Source: Chloroflexota bacterium
Lineage (GTDB): Bacteria > Chloroflexota > UBA11872 > VXNJ01
Direction of reading: 5' to 3'
DNA length: 64,000 bases
Assembly (NCBI GenBank): GCA_026707405.1
Contig: JAPOWW010000007.1
Location: 83,749 to 147,748 of the forward strand
Under the pieces are notes generated by a model that was not told the DNA's origin, searched no databases, and saw nothing but the letters and a program-made list of their open reading frames with translations. Positions 29,515 through 40,107 of the stretch are shown in pieces (the first letter of the stretch is position 1; each line of letters opens with the position of its first letter). Made by a program: the position numbers and the translations under genes.

Positions 29515-30621
29515 TTACCTTACTTTCACAGGGAGGTTCGTGCGCGCCGACTCATAGGCCGCCTCTGCCATCGCCACCGACTGCCGTCCATCCCAGCCGG
29601 TCACTTCCGGGTCCACGTCCTCCAGCACCCATTTCGCGAAGCTCTGTGCCTGCGAGCGCAGACCGGCCCTGTGATCATCGGGAAACTCGACCGGCGTCGG
29701 CTCGTCATCGTCGAACTTCTGGTAGCGCAGCGCGCGTGCGTCTGCTTCGTCGAATCCCCACCGGTATGTCACGCTCCCTTCGCTGCAAAAGAAAGTCCCA
29801 GTGGTTCTGCCGAACGCGCTGGCGCTCGACCCGTACAGCGTTGCCGACTGTCCCCGTTCAAAGTCCGCCAGCACCAGGTTCGTGTCCTCGTAGTCGTGAT
29901 TCGGGTTAGCGACGTTCACACTCTTGGCATACACCTGCGTCGGTTCCCCAAAGACCGATCGCAGCAGATCCAGTTCATGGGCGTTAATCTCGTACAGTAG
30001 GCCCCCGGTCTTTTCCTTGCTCATCCGCCAGGTATCGGTCTTGGCGAAAGTGAAGAGCCACGCTCCGCTGATACGCTCGATGTTCGCCGACCGCGGCTCC
30101 CCGATTTCGCCCGAGGCGATCAGCTCGCGCATCTCCACGAAAGGATGCATCAGCCGCAGCACCTGACCGGCCATCAGCTTCCTGCCCAGCCTCTGCGCCG
30201 TGCTCCACATTGCGTCGCAGTCTTCGACCGTAAGCGCCATCGGCTTTTCGCACAGAACGTCCTTACCCGCTTGGAGCGCCGCGATAGTCACCTCCGCGTG
30301 CAGAAAATTGGGAGTCGCCACCACAACCCCCTGAACGTCGGGATCTGCGAGCAGCGCGTTGTAGTCGTCGAACTGTGCCGCGCCGCCGTCCACCATCGCC
30401 GCGGCCTCGGCCACGTTTGCCTGCACCGGATCGGAAAGCGCCGCGATTGAAATCGAGTCGATTTCTCTCATTGTTGAGATGTGGCTCTGGCCCATGTTCC
30501 CGCAGCCGATGATCCCCATCTTCAAGGTTTCCAAGTCATCGTCCTCCGTTATCGCCCAAAATCGCCAGTCTAAATTGCCCGGCAGCCGCCGGTTTATCGA
30601 CCCGTGCACACGCATGCCCAA
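29515..30621 (-). CDS. Gfo/Idh/MocA-family NAD(P)-dependent oxidoreductase
   Basis: Rossmann motif MGIIGCGNMGQSH plus the GFO_IDH_MocA C-terminal domain. The true start may be the internal Met at ~30519. Confidence 0.8.
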   Translation of the reverse strand: MGMRVHGSINRRLPGNLDWRFWAITEDDDLETLKMGIIGCGNMGQSHISTMREIDSISIAALSDPVQANVAEAAAMVDGGAAQFDDYNALLADPDVQGVVVATPNFLHAEVTIAALQAGKDVLCEKPMALTVEDCDAMWSTAQRLGRKLMAGQVLRLMHPFVEMRELIASGEIGEPRSANIERISGAWLFTFAKTDTWRMSKEKTGGLLYEINAHELDLLRSVFGEPTQVYAKSVNVANPNHDYEDTNLVLADFERGQSATLYGSSASAFGRTTGTFFCSEGSVTYRWGFDEADARALRYQKFDDDEPTPVEFPDDHRAGLRSQAQSFAKWVLEDVDPEVTGWDGRQSVAMAEAAYESARTNLPVKVR

Positions 30622-30795
30622 CGAAAAAGTCTAACCCGCCCCCAAATAGTTATTCCGAGCGAAGCCGAGGAATCTACATCTCCGACGCCCCTTCCCCGTT
30701 CGACCCTGCCCGCGCGCGGGTGATAGCATGATCGCCGTTCACGAACGGTTCACCCCCGGCGTTTCTCCCTTCACCTGAACACGGGAGGCGGGTGC

Positions 30796-31875
30796 ATGAA
30801 ACAGGAACTAAAAGAAATCTTCCTCAAGCTGGCAGCGGTGCCCGGCGTGTCGGGACATGAAGGGCCGATTGCGGAAGCCCTGAAAGCCATGTTCGAGCCG
30901 AGGGTGGACGACGTGCGGATCGATCCAATGGGTAACGTCATCGCGCGCAAGGACGGCTCCGCTCCAGGCCCCAAGCTAATGCTCGGGTGTCACCTGGACA
31001 CCATCGGCTGCATAGTGCGCAGCATCGACCAAAACGGCTTCCTGCGAATGTTCCGCATGGGAGGCGCGGTCGACGTGCTCCTCATCGGCCGCAAGGTCTG
31101 GGTCAACGACGTGCCTGGAGTGGTAGGAGTTCGCCCCGGACACATCCAGCGGCCGGAAGAGTCGCGGGTAGTAACCCCACTCGCCGATTTATACGTGGAT
31201 GTCGGAGCCGGCTCGGCCCAAGAGGTCGCCGATCTGGGAATCGAGATCGGCAGTCCCGTGCGCTATCACAGTCCAGTCGAGGAAATGTCCGACCCGGACC
31301 TGCTATGCGGAGCCTACATCGACAATCGAATCGGCTGTGCGATTCTGGTCTATCTGATGCGAGAGCTGGAGCCCGACTTCGCCGGGTCCATCTATGCGGT
31401 AGGGACGACTCACGAGGAGACGGGCTGGCGCGGCGGTCAGATGACGGCCTTTACCGTCGATCCCGATCTCGCCGTTGCAGTCGACACCACCCCGGCGGGT
31501 GGCACTCCCGACGTCGACTTCGACAAGGAGCTGCCGATCAAGATCGGCCTCGGCCCTGTCCTTCAGGTAGCCTCCCAGGGCCCCGGCGCGGGCTTTACCG
31601 GCCACCCGGCGGTGATGCGCTGGCTTAGATCGGCCGCCGATGGCGCCAACTTGCCCTACCAGCTCGCCGCCCTGCAAAACGCTAACACCGACGCCGTGCT
31701 GATTCACATGGCCCGCGGCGGAATCCCTACCGCGGCGCTTACGATCCCGCGGCGCTATTCACATTCGCCGGTAGAGCTATTCAACATCAACGACGCCGTG
31801 ACCACTATCCAAATACTCCAAAACGCCATTCCCGCGCTCGGGGCGTTGAAGATTGAGTTCTCGGAGAATGCTTAG
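30796..31875 (+). CDS. M42-family metallo-aminopeptidase (FrvX/glutamyl aminopeptidase-like)
   Basis: Has an N-terminal VSGHEGPI metal-ligand motif. Length and order of the His/Asp/Glu ligands match the M42 family. Confidence 0.78.
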   Translation: MKQELKEIFLKLAAVPGVSGHEGPIAEALKAMFEPRVDDVRIDPMGNVIARKDGSAPGPKLMLGCHLDTIGCIVRSIDQNGFLRMFRMGGAVDVLLIGRKVWVNDVPGVVGVRPGHIQRPEESRVVTPLADLYVDVGAGSAQEVADLGIEIGSPVRYHSPVEEMSDPDLLCGAYIDNRIGCAILVYLMRELEPDFAGSIYAVGTTHEETGWRGGQMTAFTVDPDLAVAVDTTPAGGTPDVDFDKELPIKIGLGPVLQVASQGPGAGFTGHPAVMRWLRSAADGANLPYQLAALQNANTDAVLIHMARGGIPTAALTIPRRYSHSPVELFNINDAVTTIQILQNAIPALGALKIEFSENA

Positions 31876-31900
31876 CCGCGAAGATCGGGTCTGAGCAGAT

Positions 31901-32458
31901 CTACTCCCTGCCCAAATCGTCCAAATCGAGCTGGTTGATGAAATCTCGAAAAGGCTTCAGCTTCTCCTCGGTCACGACTTCGATTTCTTCCGATGTCTCC
32001 GTCTCGCCATCCTCGTCCGGCTCGATACCGGCGGCGTCCAGCACTTCCTCGGCAACGAGTATCGGCACTTCCGCCCGTAATGCCAGCGCAATGGCATCAC
32101 TCGGCCGGGAGTCGATGTCGAGCTCGGCGCCGTTGCGCTGAATCACGATCTTTGCGTAGTAGACCTGATCGACCAGCTCGCTAACAGTAATTCGCACAAC
32201 TTTGGCGCCCATGTTTTCGATGACGTTCTTGATGAGATCGTGCGTCTGCGGGCGGGGCGACTCGCGGTCCTGAAGCTTGATAACGATTGCGTCGGCCTCG
32301 GGCGGGGCTATCAGAATTGCCAGATAGCGCTCCCGCCCCTTTTCTCTCAGCACCACTACGCGGCTGGGGTTGACGAGATTGACCCGCACGCTCTCGACCA
32401 CCATCTCAACCATTTGACCGTTCCCTCTGGTGGCCGCCGGCCGAGAGTTGCGTGCCAC
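31901..32458 (-). CDS. bifunctional nuclease family protein (DUF151)
   Basis: DUF151 core present (MVEMVVESVRV...RVVVLREK..RYLAILIAPPEADAI). The likely true start is the internal Met at ~32413. Confidence 0.68.
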   Translation of the reverse strand: MARNSRPAATRGNGQMVEMVVESVRVNLVNPSRVVVLREKGRERYLAILIAPPEADAIVIKLQDRESPRPQTHDLIKNVIENMGAKVVRITVSELVDQVYYAKIVIQRNGAELDIDSRPSDAIALALRAEVPILVAEEVLDAAGIEPDEDGETETSEEIEVVTEEKLKPFRDFINQLDLDDLGRE

Positions 32459-32509
32459 TCGCCGCCGGCTGCATCTGCGTCAACCGCCCGACAATCGTTA
32501 CAGGCTCTG

Positions 32510-33745
32510 CTACCTACACCCTAATCCGAACGACTCGTGCAGGACGTGGACAGCGTCCTCAAGGCGATTCTCATCTATCAAACAGGTTATACGAATTTCG
32601 CTGGTCGTGATACTCGTTATGTTGATGCCCGCCGATGCCAGCGCACCGAACATCTGCGCCGCCACGCCCGGAGTGCTCTGCATCCCCGTGCCCACGATGC
32701 TGATGGTGCCCAGGTCGCTTGACGAGCTCACGCCGCCCGCCCCCACCTCTTCCGCGACGGGAGTGACGAAGCCAAGGGCCTTCTCCAGGTCGGTCCGCTC
32801 CACCGAGAAGGAAATGTCAGTATTCCCGCCGTGCGCCAGATTCTGGACTATTACGTCTACGTTTACAGCGGCGTCAGCCAGAGGCTGGAAGATGGCCTGC
32901 GCCAGACCCGGCCGGTCGGGCACTCCAAGGACCGTTATTCTTGCTACGTTGGCGTTGTGAACTACCGCTCGTACCTTCGCGCCGATCTCTATGTCTATTT
33001 CGTTGCTAGCCAAAATTTCAGTCCCCGGATTCCTGTTAAAACTAGATCGTACAACGATACGAAGATTATGCCGTTCCGCAACCTCGATCGACCGAGGATG
33101 CATCACCTTGGCCCCCAACGTCGCCATCTCAAGAGTTTCTTCGTAGGTGACCTTGTCGAGCTTTCGGGCGTTCGGTTCGATCCTGGGATCGGCGCTGAAT
33201 ATCCCGTCCACGTCTGTGTTTATCTCGCAATGGTGTGCGCCCAGCGCCACCGCCAGGGAGACCGCCGTGGTGTCCGACGCTCCGCGTCCCAGCGTCGTGA
33301 CCTCTCCAGACTCGGAGATGCCCTGGAAACCGGCTACAACCGGAATTACCCCCTCGTCGACCAGCCCCCGTAGGTACCCGGGATTTATCGTCTTGATCCG
33401 CGCCCTGCCGTAGCGTCCGTCGGTCACGATTCCCGCCGCCGGTCCGGTCACCGCAACCGCGGGAGATCCCATCGAGTTGAGCAGAATCGAAAGCAGCGCC
33501 GAGGACACGACCTCACCGGTCGAAAGCAACAGGTCCAGGTCCCGTTCCCCGGGGCGGGCGGTCAGGTCGAAAGCCATATCGAGAAGGTCGTCGGTGGTGC
33601 TGCCCATCGCCGAAGCCGCCACCACCGGCCGGCGACCGCCTTGTTTTGTCGAAAGCACCAGCTCCGCCGCATTGCGGATTCGGTCGCTGGTCGCCAGCGA
33701 CGTACCTCCGAACTTCTGGACCACAATTGGTTCGGACTCAGCCAT
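32510..33745 (-). CDS. lysC: aspartate kinase (with tandem ACT domains)
   Basis: An amino-acid kinase fold N-terminus (VQKFGGTSL) precedes two C-terminal ACT domains. Confidence 0.9.
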   Translation of the reverse strand: MAESEPIVVQKFGGTSLATSDRIRNAAELVLSTKQGGRRPVVAASAMGSTTDDLLDMAFDLTARPGERDLDLLLSTGEVVSSALLSILLNSMGSPAVAVTGPAAGIVTDGRYGRARIKTINPGYLRGLVDEGVIPVVAGFQGISESGEVTTLGRGASDTTAVSLAVALGAHHCEINTDVDGIFSADPRIEPNARKLDKVTYEETLEMATLGAKVMHPRSIEVAERHNLRIVVRSSFNRNPGTEILASNEIDIEIGAKVRAVVHNANVARITVLGVPDRPGLAQAIFQPLADAAVNVDVIVQNLAHGGNTDISFSVERTDLEKALGFVTPVAEEVGAGGVSSSSDLGTISIVGTGMQSTPGVAAQMFGALASAGINITSITTSEIRITCLIDENRLEDAVHVLHESFGLGCR

Positions 33746-33822
33746 GGATCAACCTCGAGTGATGCGCCGTGCTGCTTATCGACTATCGACCTACGATGGT
33801 AACAGCGGCATCGCTAACCGGC

Positions 33823-34881
33823 TCAAATTCTCATGTCCACCGGCGTCCAGCGCCGCTCCACTCCGGACTGCGCAACCGCGTCGATCACGCATTGCGCCCG
33901 GTGTCCATCTTCGAAACTCGCAAACTTCGCGTCTCCGAGCAAACCGCGCACGGCTTGCCGCATGTGATGCGCCGGAAAGTCCGAATAGCCCACCTGACGG
34001 TAGGCCGGTATTTCAACCTTGCCGAACTCGTTATCGCCCGGTCGGGCCACGGCGATTGTCACTTCCTGGCCCCGCTCGTGAAACAGGCGTACCGCCCCTC
34101 TGCTGCCGACCAGCTTCACGTTGATCTGATTGGTGTGCCCCCACGCCAGCTTCGTCAGGTGAAACGTGAACAGGCGACCGCCGCCCAGGTCGCATACGAA
34201 AGCGGCATTGTCGCTCGCGGTCGGCGCGGTGCTCGCCCCGCCCTTGTCGGGACGCGGCCCCGAAACTATCGAATCGGCGCCCGCGACCTGCTCGATATCG
34301 CCCCCGTACCACAGCAGCAGATCGATCACGTGCGAACCCAGGTCTCCAAGCGCGCCCCCGGCCGAATGCGCCGCGCTCATCCGCCAGTCAAGCGGTGTCG
34401 AAGGATCGGCCCAGTTCGACTGGCTGTAATCGAAGTTCCCCGATATCAGCTCGCCGATCTCCCCGGAATCGATCATCTCCTTAGCCAGAGCGAACGCGGG
34501 CATCGACCTGTACGTGAAGTTGACCGCCGTGCCTATCCCAAGCTCCGCCGCCCGCCGCGCCAGCCGTTTCGTTTCGACCGAGTTCATTCCCAGCGGTTTC
34601 TCGCTCAGCACCGCCCGGCCCGACCTAAGCGCGGCCTCGGCCATCTGCGCGTGCAAAAAGTCGGGAGTGCACACCGCCACCGCGTCCAGCCCTTCGAGCT
34701 TCAGCATCTCCTCGTAGCTCTCGAACCGCTTGGGTATCTGATGCTCGCGGGCCGTATCGGCCACGCGCTCCGGTGTCCGTCCGTACAGCGCCACTACTCT
34801 CGCGACCCCGCTCGCGTTCAGACCCGGAATGATCACGCGGGACGCGAACGACCCTGTTCCGGCAACGGCGAATTTCAGCAA
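33823..34881 (-). CDS. Gfo/Idh/MocA-family oxidoreductase
   Basis: Has an N-terminal Rossmann motif (FAVAGTGSFASRVIIP) and the family C-terminal domain. Confidence 0.8.
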   Translation of the reverse strand: MLKFAVAGTGSFASRVIIPGLNASGVARVVALYGRTPERVADTAREHQIPKRFESYEEMLKLEGLDAVAVCTPDFLHAQMAEAALRSGRAVLSEKPLGMNSVETKRLARRAAELGIGTAVNFTYRSMPAFALAKEMIDSGEIGELISGNFDYSQSNWADPSTPLDWRMSAAHSAGGALGDLGSHVIDLLLWYGGDIEQVAGADSIVSGPRPDKGGASTAPTASDNAAFVCDLGGGRLFTFHLTKLAWGHTNQINVKLVGSRGAVRLFHERGQEVTIAVARPGDNEFGKVEIPAYRQVGYSDFPAHHMRQAVRGLLGDAKFASFEDGHRAQCVIDAVAQSGVERRWTPVDMRI

Positions 34882-35065
34882 GTGTTTCCTCTGCCTGAAT
34901 CAGCACTCCGACCGTTGCCATTCTAAATCGGTTGGCAGGCGCAATAGGGAAACGGACGCCCTGCGACCGCCAAGCATTTAACTCTAACTGTCGCAGGGCA
35001 TCCGCCCCGTCTTTCACTACTCCAACGCGAGCGCCGCGGCTTCCAATCCTGTAGTCAGACCGAGC

Positions 35066-36517
35066 CTAGCTCGCGCCGTTGCCCGGCGTGCCCATGTAGG
35101 ACGATCCGGCCACCGACTCGGGGTATCCCCACATGCCGTGCTCGGAGATGTCGAGTCCGTCGACTTCGTGCATCCGGTCCACCCTCAAGCCAATCGTGTA
35201 CTTGATTCCGTAGAACACGATCAGGCAGGTTGCTCCGACCCAAGCCACCGTGCTGAGCGATCCGAGCGCCTGTACGCCCAGTTGGTTCAGCCCGCCGCCG
35301 TAGAAGAGGCCCGCGCTGCCTAGACCCTCGGTCAGCTCGGCCGTGCCGAAAAGACCGATCGCAAGCGTGCCCCAGATGCCGCAGACCGCGTGCACCGACA
35401 CCGCTCCCACGGGGTCGTCGACTCTCAGCCGGTCGATTCCGACTACCGACAGAACCACGATCATCCCCGCGATGAAGCCGATGACCGCCGCCGCCCACGA
35501 GTCCACGAAAGCGCAGCCGGCCGTGATCGCCACCAGTCCCGCCAGTCCACCGTTGCCCAGCATTCCGACGTCGGGCTTTCGATAGACGATCCGCGAGATC
35601 ACCAGCGCGCCTACCACGCCCGCCGCCGCCGCCAGGTTGGTCGTAAGCACGATCGAGGCGAAGTCCACGCCCGCGGCCTTCAGCGTGCTCCCGGCGTTGA
35701 ATCCCAGCCATCCGAACCACAGCACCAAGACCCCGGCGATAGCCAGCGGCATGCTGTGCCCGGGAATGACTCTGATCCTGCCGTTCGTGTACTTGCCCAC
35801 TCTGGGACCCACGACTATCGCGCCCACCAGCGCGGCCACCCCGCCTACCGTGTGGACAACGGTCGATCCCGCAAAGTCAAGGAATCCGAGGTCCGCCAGC
35901 CAGCCGCCGCCCCACACCCAGTGGCCGACCACCGGATAAATAAAGGCGGTCAGCACGACCACGTACACGAGATACCCTGTGAATCTGGTCCTCTCCGCCA
36001 CCGCGCCCGAGACTATCGTCGCCGCCGTCGCGGCGAAAACGACCTGGAAGAACCACTTTGTCGATATGCTCACCCCGGCCCAGTCGAGCGACGAAAACGA
36101 GCTCGCCGCATCCGCGTCGGTCACCGACAGGAACCATCCGCTGTGGCCCAAAAACGGGTTACCGTCCCCGAACATGAACGGAAACCCGACCGCCCAGTAG
36201 GCGATCATGCCTACGGCGATGTTCATCATGTTCTTGGCGCAGATGTTCGCCGCGTTCTTCATCCGCGTAAACCCGGCCTCCAGCATCGTGAAGCCCAGGT
36301 GCATCAGGAACACGAGCGCCCCCGCGACCACTACCCACAGGGTGTCCACGGCCTGCTCTATGTCGGTCAGCGTCAACTCGCTCGCGCCCGCCGCCGCCGG
36401 CACCAGCAGCCCCGCGATCACCGCGCCCGCCAGCGCGGCCAGCCACCGTTTCGGCGCGATCCGCGGCACGGCCGATAGTCTCATTAGCGGACTCAGGTTG
36501 AATCCGGTCGTTTTCAA
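35066..36517 (-). CDS. amt: ammonium transporter (Amt/MEP family)
   Basis: A signal peptide and 11 TM helices with the Amt signature region (FLMHLGFTMLEAGFTRMKNAANI). Translationally coupled to glnK upstream (4-nt overlap). Confidence 0.9.
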   Translation of the reverse strand: MKTTGFNLSPLMRLSAVPRIAPKRWLAALAGAVIAGLLVPAAAGASELTLTDIEQAVDTLWVVVAGALVFLMHLGFTMLEAGFTRMKNAANICAKNMMNIAVGMIAYWAVGFPFMFGDGNPFLGHSGWFLSVTDADAASSFSSLDWAGVSISTKWFFQVVFAATAATIVSGAVAERTRFTGYLVYVVVLTAFIYPVVGHWVWGGGWLADLGFLDFAGSTVVHTVGGVAALVGAIVVGPRVGKYTNGRIRVIPGHSMPLAIAGVLVLWFGWLGFNAGSTLKAAGVDFASIVLTTNLAAAAGVVGALVISRIVYRKPDVGMLGNGGLAGLVAITAGCAFVDSWAAAVIGFIAGMIVVLSVVGIDRLRVDDPVGAVSVHAVCGIWGTLAIGLFGTAELTEGLGSAGLFYGGGLNQLGVQALGSLSTVAWVGATCLIVFYGIKYTIGLRVDRMHEVDGLDISEHGMWGYPESVAGSSYMGTPGNGAS

Positions 36518-36852
36518 AGTGCGTCCTGTCCTTTTTGCTGAGTTCGAATTCGTACTGCGTCTTCGACGGGGATGACGAATATCTTTCCGTCGCCCACCTC
36601 GCCAGTTACGGCGTTTTCACAGATCACGGAGATGACTTTCTCCACGCTCGCGTCATCTACCACGAGCTCCATCTTGACCTTCGGCCGAAACATGATCGCC
36701 GCTCTCACGCCCCGGTAGCTCTCGGTGTAGCCCCGTTGCGTGCCCGCGCCTCTCACTTCGCTGATCGTCAGTCCGTGGAACCCCGCCTTGTCCAGCGCGT
36801 CCCGAACTCGCTCCAGCATCTCGCGCCTGATAATGGCCTCCACTTTTTTCAT
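36514..36852 (-). CDS. glnK: PII nitrogen regulatory protein
   Basis: 112-aa PII fold (MKKVEAIIRREMLERVRDAL...GDGKIFV). Conserved glnK-amt gene order. Confidence 0.9.
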   Translation of the reverse strand: MKKVEAIIRREMLERVRDALDKAGFHGLTISEVRGAGTQRGYTESYRGVRAAIMFRPKVKMELVVDDASVEKVISVICENAVTGEVGDGKIFVIPVEDAVRIRTQQKGQDAL

Positions 36853-37672
36853 CTACCCGGCAAAATCCTTTCTCCATTTGGCGCGCCGATACACGTCCCG
36901 AAATAGCTGAGTGCGCACCAACATTGAGGGTCTGCTCCGCTGCGGTTGGCTTTGTCGGGCCTGCGAGGCCCGTGTTTCCCCTTCCCGGGGTCTGGGAGGG
37001 CCGGCGTTGGCCCATGTGAATGCGTCAAAGACGCGTGTGGCGCTGGATATTGCGCGCGGCCCGAAGGCCTCCCGGCGGTTTGGAAACTACGCAGTTCCAG
37101 TGCCGGCCGCGCTCACAACGAGGCGTCATAGCTTTCCAGCGACGGCGAAGTCTAGTTCACCCCAAGCCCAACGTCAAAAAGCTTGGCAATCGTTTACCTG
37201 ACACACCAAGGGGTGATTGAAAACGGTGGGACGGGTCGGAGAGGTGGGAAGATTAGATTAGGTCAGGCAGGTTAGAAACGGTGAGACAGCAGGAAAAACG
37301 ATCCTTGCTGAGCGGTTGCAGGCCGATGGGCCGAGTTTAGCTTGGTCAATTTGGTTTTTAGACTAGCTCCGGAAGTCGTCCCCAATCCAATTTCACGGTA
37401 GCAACTCTAAACTCAAAAAATCCAACCAACTCGGTGAAAAGGTCAACCCCCTCAGGCTTAGCGAACTCATGGTGAAGCCGTTGTCATCACCGCGCTGAAT
37501 TGTACTTTCGAGAGCCGCGGCCATAGCTTCAATTGAGATCTGTCGTGGTGCTGCAAGCTTATTTTCGATTCCATTTGTTGCCGTGATTGCAGCAAGAGCC
37601 TCTTCAGCAGGTTCTATGGTGATAGGCTCCGGTGATTGTGGGCGATGGCGTAGAGTGTGAGACAATGCGTGT

Positions 37673-37903
37673 ATGGGAAACGAGTTGCTTGTTATCTCAA
37701 TCCTTGGGCCAATAGCTATCCTCTTTGGCACTCTCTACACATTGCTCCGTAAAGACATCGGCAAGATTGGTGAGAGGGTTGGCGAGGTAGAGAAGGATAT
37801 CGCGCGAGTGCAGGGTGCTAAAGATCAGGAAAAATTGCAGATTGACCGAGAAACCCGAGACGCCCTTAGGGAATCGCGTGGGATATTCAGGCGGCCAGCT
37901 TAG
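37673..37903 (+). CDS. hypothetical small protein with an N-terminal TM helix and a charged coiled-coil tail (low-GC island)
   Basis: 76-aa ORF in an AT-richer tract. It has a hydrophobic N-terminus, LLVISILGPIAILFGTLYTLL. Confidence 0.3.
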   Translation: MGNELLVISILGPIAILFGTLYTLLRKDIGKIGERVGEVEKDIARVQGAKDQEKLQIDRETRDALRESRGIFRRPA

Positions 37904-37906
37904 GTT

Positions 37907-38203
37907 ATGTTAGACAAAGAGCTAATACAAGACCAAGAATTGCGCGAGCGGATTACGAAGTATTTTAATGAAGCAGAGCCGCGAGCGTTTTTCCTCGGCT
38001 TTATCCTCGCGAGGCTTGTAGACAGCACTCATATAGAAGCTCTCAAGAGTGACTTGAGAACGCTTGAGAGGCTGAGTCACAACTGGGCCGAAGGGGGGGA
38101 AGCTGTACACGCTATTCATACTCTCGGAACGATACTTCACTTACGCTTGCCATCAGAAAATTCTGACCAAACCCCACCACCAAAGCCTGTGAAACAAGGG
38201 TAG
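37907..38203 (+). CDS. hypothetical protein (low-GC island)
   Basis: 98-aa ORF starting 4 nt after the previous stop. Its codon usage is distinct from the flanking high-GC genes. Confidence 0.3.
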   Translation: MLDKELIQDQELRERITKYFNEAEPRAFFLGFILARLVDSTHIEALKSDLRTLERLSHNWAEGGEAVHAIHTLGTILHLRLPSENSDQTPPPKPVKQG

Positions 38204-38638
38204 TTCGCGTAGTAGGTGCGGATGACACTGCGTGTCGCGGTGACTTATTACGTGCGTCACCCATCGCGACGCGGTGTATATCTGAAGCATGAATGAGACG
38301 AGTACTGCCCCAAGAGTCGCAAGACTAGAGGGCGTGATGCAAGTGCTTCTCGACAATCACTTGCCACACATTACCCGCGACATCACATAGATTAAGTACA
38401 CCGTCATATCTACCCTGCCTTGCTTGCCGTTATCGGTGGTCTGGCAACGATTGTCTATCACTTGAGTTAATCAAAGGCAATTAGCGTATTAGGTGCCGGA
38501 TTGTCGCCTTTTTCATTTTTCGTAACCATCAATAGGGTCTTACGGTTATAGCTTCGCCGCGCAAAAAACCCGATCTACCGCACCGATCAATGCGACTCAA
38601 TTACGGCGTATCAGTTTGAGGGACGATCTGACCGCTGG

Positions 38639-39133
38639 TTAGTGGCGATCCGCTGTTGCCGCCGTATTTTCCACCACTAGTGCATTGACGTGGCGGCCGT
38701 CCAGCAAATACACGTCAGCCAGCAGCCGCCCGAAGCTATCCCGCCCATTTGCCTTGTCGGTGATCTCTAACCGGACCGTCTGTCCTTCCACCAGGGAGGC
38801 GTTGTAGGCCGTGGCTTCCACCCCGCCTTCTTCGTCCCGCTCTGGCGCCCACACGTCCAGATAGCGGACCTTCTCACGATGCCCGCGATAGGTGACCTCG
38901 ACGGTATCTCCGTCTATGACGCGTGTGACCGGCACGACGTTGCGCTCGTCTTGGACCGCCTGTAGCTCCGACTCGATTGCGTCCAAGCGGGCATGGAATC
39001 GAGCTTCTGAGTTTCGGAGTTCCTGCTCAAGTTCGGCAGCGGTGCAGGCGGTCGCGACAATAAGCAGGATCGCGACTGCCAGAACTGGTAGCCTGATCGG
39101 TTTCCCAAGCGCGTTCAAACAGTGACGCCGCAC
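38639..39133 (-). CDS. secreted thermonuclease (staphylococcal-nuclease/SNase-like)
   Basis: A signal peptide/anchor (LPVLAVAILLIVATA) and a coiled-coil segment are followed by the SNase core (VIDGDTVEVTYRGHREKVRYLDVWAPE...GRLLADVY). Confidence 0.72.
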   Translation of the reverse strand: MRRHCLNALGKPIRLPVLAVAILLIVATACTAAELEQELRNSEARFHARLDAIESELQAVQDERNVVPVTRVIDGDTVEVTYRGHREKVRYLDVWAPERDEEGGVEATAYNASLVEGQTVRLEITDKANGRDSFGRLLADVYLLDGRHVNALVVENTAATADRH

Positions 39134-39894
39134 ATCCGCGCAGCCCTTCTTACTGGATGCTCGCTATCCACGTACGGCGCAAGATGGAAGTCGGCAGACA
39201 GGCCGTGCTCCGGCAAGTTTACGGTCAGTCCCGAAGCGAGCATGAAGGTCTGCGCGTACAGCGTAGCCTTGTGGGTGTCGAGAGGATTGATTATCACGGC
39301 TACGACAGTCTCGCCACGGAATGGTGTCTCACCGCCGAACCACGAGTCGGTGACCAGATCGGCGTGACCGTGGTAACGGAAACGGACCTCCGTAGCTCTG
39401 AATTCGCCCAAAGAGAGTTGAGGCACGTCTGCGCCAGTCCACAACACACCGATAAGGAGCTCACCGTCTGAGCAGAGAACTGCTAAGAATGCTGATCCAT
39501 CTGGTCTGCTTGACTCAACGATAGTGCCGGTATCGTCCTCAATCCACGACTTCGCGTTCGCAGGCTGAACCGGCGTCGAACTGGTCGTATCGAGCGCCCA
39601 CGCGAAAGCGCCGCGCACGTCGTTGCGGTGGTCGTTGCGACAGGCTTCTTCTGCTTCCGGCCCATATCCGAACACCCGCTGGTAAATGCCGACATTGTGG
39701 TCGTTACCGAGCCAGCTTTCGAACGCGTCGTTCGCCCCGACGCACGTAGTAGGCCACTGTGCCTGTACTACTGTGACAGTAGCTGCGGTGACTAATCCAA
39801 CGACTAGCCCAGCTAAAGCAAGACGCTTGATCTGTGACAACAAGGCGACCCTCCCAACGGCGAGGAAATCTCGTTGCCACACAAGACCATGCAA
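39115..39894 (-). CDS. membrane-anchored protein carrying a fourth copy of the uncharacterised WPTxC...NDHRNDV domain
   Basis: An N-terminal anchor (LVVGLVTAATVTVV) is followed by QWPTTCVGANDAFESWLGNDHNVGIYQRVFGYGPEAEEACRNDHRNDVRGAFAWAL. The C-terminal 150 aa have no recognisable family. Confidence 0.6.
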   Translation of the reverse strand: MHGLVWQRDFLAVGRVALLSQIKRLALAGLVVGLVTAATVTVVQAQWPTTCVGANDAFESWLGNDHNVGIYQRVFGYGPEAEEACRNDHRNDVRGAFAWALDTTSSTPVQPANAKSWIEDDTGTIVESSRPDGSAFLAVLCSDGELLIGVLWTGADVPQLSLGEFRATEVRFRYHGHADLVTDSWFGGETPFRGETVVAVIINPLDTHKATLYAQTFMLASGLTVNLPEHGLSADFHLAPYVDSEHPVRRAARMCGVTV

Positions 39895-40107
39895 GCCACG
39901 GGAGGGTCATATAGCCCCGCCAGATGGCTTGCACACCTTGAATTGATGGCGGTCTTGTGTGGCGAACCCAGTCTATCACCGGTTGGGAGCGCCTCCGGTT
40001 GCCAAGCATCAAATTCAGTTCGGTTGACGTTCGGTAATATAATGACCACGGTACCCAAATCGTGTTTTAATTATGTTAATTGGCCTTAAGGCGGAGGGGA
40101 TAAGGTC

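Noticed and set aside
35390-36478. 362-aa His/Arg/Asp-rich ORF antisense to amt
   Set aside because: Extreme compositional bias. The amt frame is unambiguous.
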